Source: Paraspadella gotoi (taxonomy: Eukaryota > Animalia > Chaetognatha). Taken from it: a DNA stretch of 64,000 nucleotides. The notes under the pieces were generated by a model. That model did no database searches and was not told the DNA's origin. It saw only the letters and a list, made by a program, of their open reading frames with translations. Both the position numbers and the translations under genes were made by a program. Numbering within the stretch: the first letter of the stretch is position 1; each line of letters starts with the position of its first letter. The stretch spans positions 5,569,221 to 5,633,220 of the forward strand of contig CM119268.1 in NCBI GenBank assembly GCA_051294375.1, written 5' to 3'. Positions 60,508 through 64,000 of this stretch are shown here, in pieces.

Positions 60508-62472
60508 TAAGGACTTCGGCGACGCAATTTCATTTCAAGATATTTTTTTTCACTTTCCATTTTATTCCTTTCTTTCTTTCTTTTCTTTTTCTTTCTCTTT
60601 TCCATTTTCAAAATATATGGGCCATTTTCTTTTTCGAAAGAGGAACCCAGATTTTTCTTTTTTCTTCTCTTTTTTTTACCTTCATTTCTTTTTTCTTTAT
60701 TTTACAAATTTTTTCCCTATTTTTTTAAATTTTTTTCTTTTCTTCGTTTTCTTTTTTCTCCATTTTTTTTTTTAAATTAAATTACATTTTTCTCTTTCAC
60801 TTTTTTTCGTCTAAAACCTGAGTGTTTCGCTTTAAAGCTTTAACTTTTATCTTTTGTGAAAATTAAGGACGAAAAGAAATAATTAAGGGAGAAAGAAGAA
60901 AAATTAAGGGATAGAGAAAATAAAAATTAGGGCAAAAAGAATAAAATAAAGAGAAAGAGAGAGAAAAAAAACAAGAAACTCTCTGAGGTAAAAAAAAATT
61001 CATTGAAAGTTCGGGAAAAAATTTAAAAGATTCGTTGATGAAAAGTAAAGTGACGGAAAGTAACAGTGAAAGTGAAGGATACTCACAGTGAAAGTGAGCG
61101 ATAAAGACAGTAAAAGTGATGGAAAGTGAAAGTGAAAATGAGAATAAGAAACTCAACGGATACGAATCTTCACAACGGGAGTGAAAGTGACAGAAAGAAA
61201 CTCGAAGTCGGAAAAAGTTGAAAACTCGAGATCCGCACTTTTTTTTCTTCTTTATTGATAATCGATAACAAATTCTTGTTTTTCTTTTTTCCTCTCTCTC
61301 TCTCTCNNNNNNNNNNNNNNNNNNNNNNNNNNNNNNNNNNNNNNNNNNNNNNNNNNNNNNNNNNNNNNNNNNNNNNNNNNNNNNNNNNNNNNNNNNNNNN
61401 NNNNNNNNNNNNNNNNNNNNNNNNNNNNNNNNNNNNNNNNNNNNNNNNNNNNNNNNNNNNNNNNNNNNNNNNNNNNNNNNNNNNNNNNNNNNNNNNNNNN
61501 NNNNNNNNNNNNNNNNNNNNNNNNNNNNNNNNNNNNNNNNNNNNNNNNNNNNNNNNNNNNNNNNNNNNNNNNNNNNNNNNNNNNNNNNNNNNNNNNNNNN
61601 NNNNNNNNNNNNNNNNNNNNNNNNNNNNNNNNNNNNNNNNNNNNNNNNNNNNNNNNNNNNNNNNNNNNNNNNNNNNNNNNNNNNNNNNNNNNNNNNNNNN
61701 NNNNNNNNNNNNNNNNNNNNNNNNNNNNNNNNNNNNNNNNNNNNNNNNNNNNNNNNNNNNNNNNNNNNNNNNNNNNNNNNNNNNNNNNNNNNNNNNNNNN
61801 NNNNNNNNNNNNNNNNNNNNNNNNNNNNNNNNAAAAAAAAAACAAACTAAACAAAATCGTAAATTAAATAAAAAATTAGTTAAAAAAGAAAAATTAACAA
61901 ACTTGTTAAGACAAAAAATAAGTCATTTTGCTACAAGTTCTCGTTTAACAATTTATCGGTTGGTTGGTCATGTCTGTCTGTTGTTCAGCCAAACAGACGT
62001 TTTAAACACGCGTAACTAACGTGACACTGAATTATTTTAGTTGCTACTTGGTGGTTAATATTATACTATTCTTTGTAGTTATTGATTATACATATGAACC
62101 TCGTTCTTTCTTGGCAACGGAACTAAAACGGAAATAGAAGCATAACAATTGATTCAACAAAAATAAATAAATAAATAAATAGTCAAAACATTTTGATTGA
62201 TAAGAACGAGAAATTGTCAAATGCTTAATTAGGCCAGAGACGCGATGAGCAAAGACGAGAAACGACCGGCCCAATAAAAGGAATGATAAAATTAAGTGTG
62301 TGAGACTGATGAAATATATTAATTAATAATTAAACTTGATAAATTAATAAATATTTTTAACAATTCAGTTATTGAAACAAAAAGTCGGAGAACAAAAGAG
62401 ATGAAATCTACAAAAGAAGTAAAAGAAATAAAAAAGACAATTTTCCACAAAAGTAGCGTAACAACGACAGAG

Positions 62473-62612
<140 letters not shown>

Positions 62613-63197
62613 AAAGGGAGGAAGGGAGAGAAATTTAAATTGAATTTGAATTGAAATTTATTGCATACGTCCGCGTACGGTGTAGACGGTACACACGGCA
62701 CAGAGTTTCTCTTTAAAAAAGAAAAGAAAATAAAGCAAAAAACAGGAAAGGGAAGAGCCACTGTGTGACGCACAGTGACATGTTAAAGAGAAAAACGACG
62801 GAAAATTCCTGTCGTTAAAATTTCTCGTCGTCGAAGTCTCGTTTCTTGGGGTCAAAGGTTGAGAAGAGGTTTGAGGGTCGAAGGTTGAGATGGGGAGAAG
62901 AGAGATGAGAGAGAGAGAGAGAGAGGGAGGGGAGAGAGGGAAGGGAGGAGAGGGAAGGTTCAATGGAAGATGATCAAATATAAGTATAAGTATGAGTTTT
63001 GCCTTTAGCATTCGTACAGTCTCTCTCTCTCTCTCTCTCTCTCTTCTTCTCTTCTCTCTCTGNNNNNNNNNNNNNNNNNNNNNNNNNGTGTGTGGGGAGA
63101 GGGAGGGGAAGAAGGGGAGGAGGGAGGAGGAGGAGTGGGGGAAAGAGGGAGAGGGAGGAGAGAGGGATGAGGGGAGAAGGGAAGGGCGAGAGGGAAG

Positions 63198-63235
<38 letters not shown>

Positions 63236-64000
63236 CCTTTCCCTCTCCCTTATCTAACGACTCATGAGTTCGTTAAAAATATCTTAACTCCCAAAAAATC
63301 CAGATTAGGGATGAAAATATCGAGGACCGAAAATATACTAAAGAATAGTCTAAAACAGTTTTTAAAAAAAATAAAATTTATCATTTTCATCGAAACTTAT
63401 GTTCAAAAAGATAATTCTTTATATCCTGGTTTTTAAGGAATGTTTTCCTTTTTTTTTCCAGACGAGAACACTTTTCACGCTCACATGTTCAATTAAACGA
63501 ATAAAATCCCCGCCTTTTTTTTACGGATCGATGTCATCCCTAAAACATTTCAATCCCCCCAACATCCCTCGTTCGGCGCCTGGAACTTCACTTCCCTCCA
63601 ATTTTTCACATTCGAGTTCATCCCTAAATCACTTTGTGCACTCAAAAAAAAAAAAAAAAAAAAAGGATAAAGGGGAAAAAAAAGGAAGAAACAAAGGAGA
63701 TCTAAAAATAGCATCGCTCGACGCCACGAGTAAAATTGATGGCGAAGAATAGAAGCTTCCTTCCTCCCCCCCCCTTCCTCCTCTGCTTGACACTTAAAAG
63801 TGGAGGGAGGAAAGCTGTTGCTTGCATCGGGAAGGAAGCAACGGAAAAGGGGGCGAGGGAAAGGGATAACGTGCTTGGTTTCCGTCGCGGATTGGAGGGA
63901 TCGATTGCTTGTATAAGCCTGAGCTTGGCGAGAAAAAAACCGGGGTTCCATGGACGATAATTTTAAATGTAAAGCTATAATTAATTTATTCGTATATTTT

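Noticed and set aside
46150-62019. Long ORFs made mostly of X
   Set aside because: They only span N gaps.

Overview
AT-rich, microsatellite-rich eukaryotic (animal-like) scaffold with many N gaps. The first 12.6 kb hold a head-to-tail (+ strand) array of a zinc-finger gene family: the 3' end of gene A (1-600), an orphan 3' fragment (1016-1240), gene B (join 2466-2888,3137-5296; about 860 aa) and gene C (join 7750-8325,8907-9371,9722-12590; about 1300 aa after repairing three probable indel errors). Manual splicing reveals FLYWCH/WRKY-type zinc fingers that the ORF track misses because each is cut by a phase-0 intron. The architecture is FLYWCH x1-2, a paired C2H2 module x1-3, a charged linker, a Q-rich region, a psi-KxE motif and a conserved terminal triple C2H2 that resembles Hunchback/Ikaros dimerisation fingers. 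About 24.3-36.2 kb is an indel-ridden inverted copy of 7.0-18.6 kb. This copy and several other noisy duplicates next to exact 25-N gaps most likely come from long-read gap filling. 19.5-23.6 kb is a compositionally foreign, possibly transposase-derived segment. The remainder is SINE-like and hairpin elements, minisatellites, microsatellites and gaps, with no further supportable genes.
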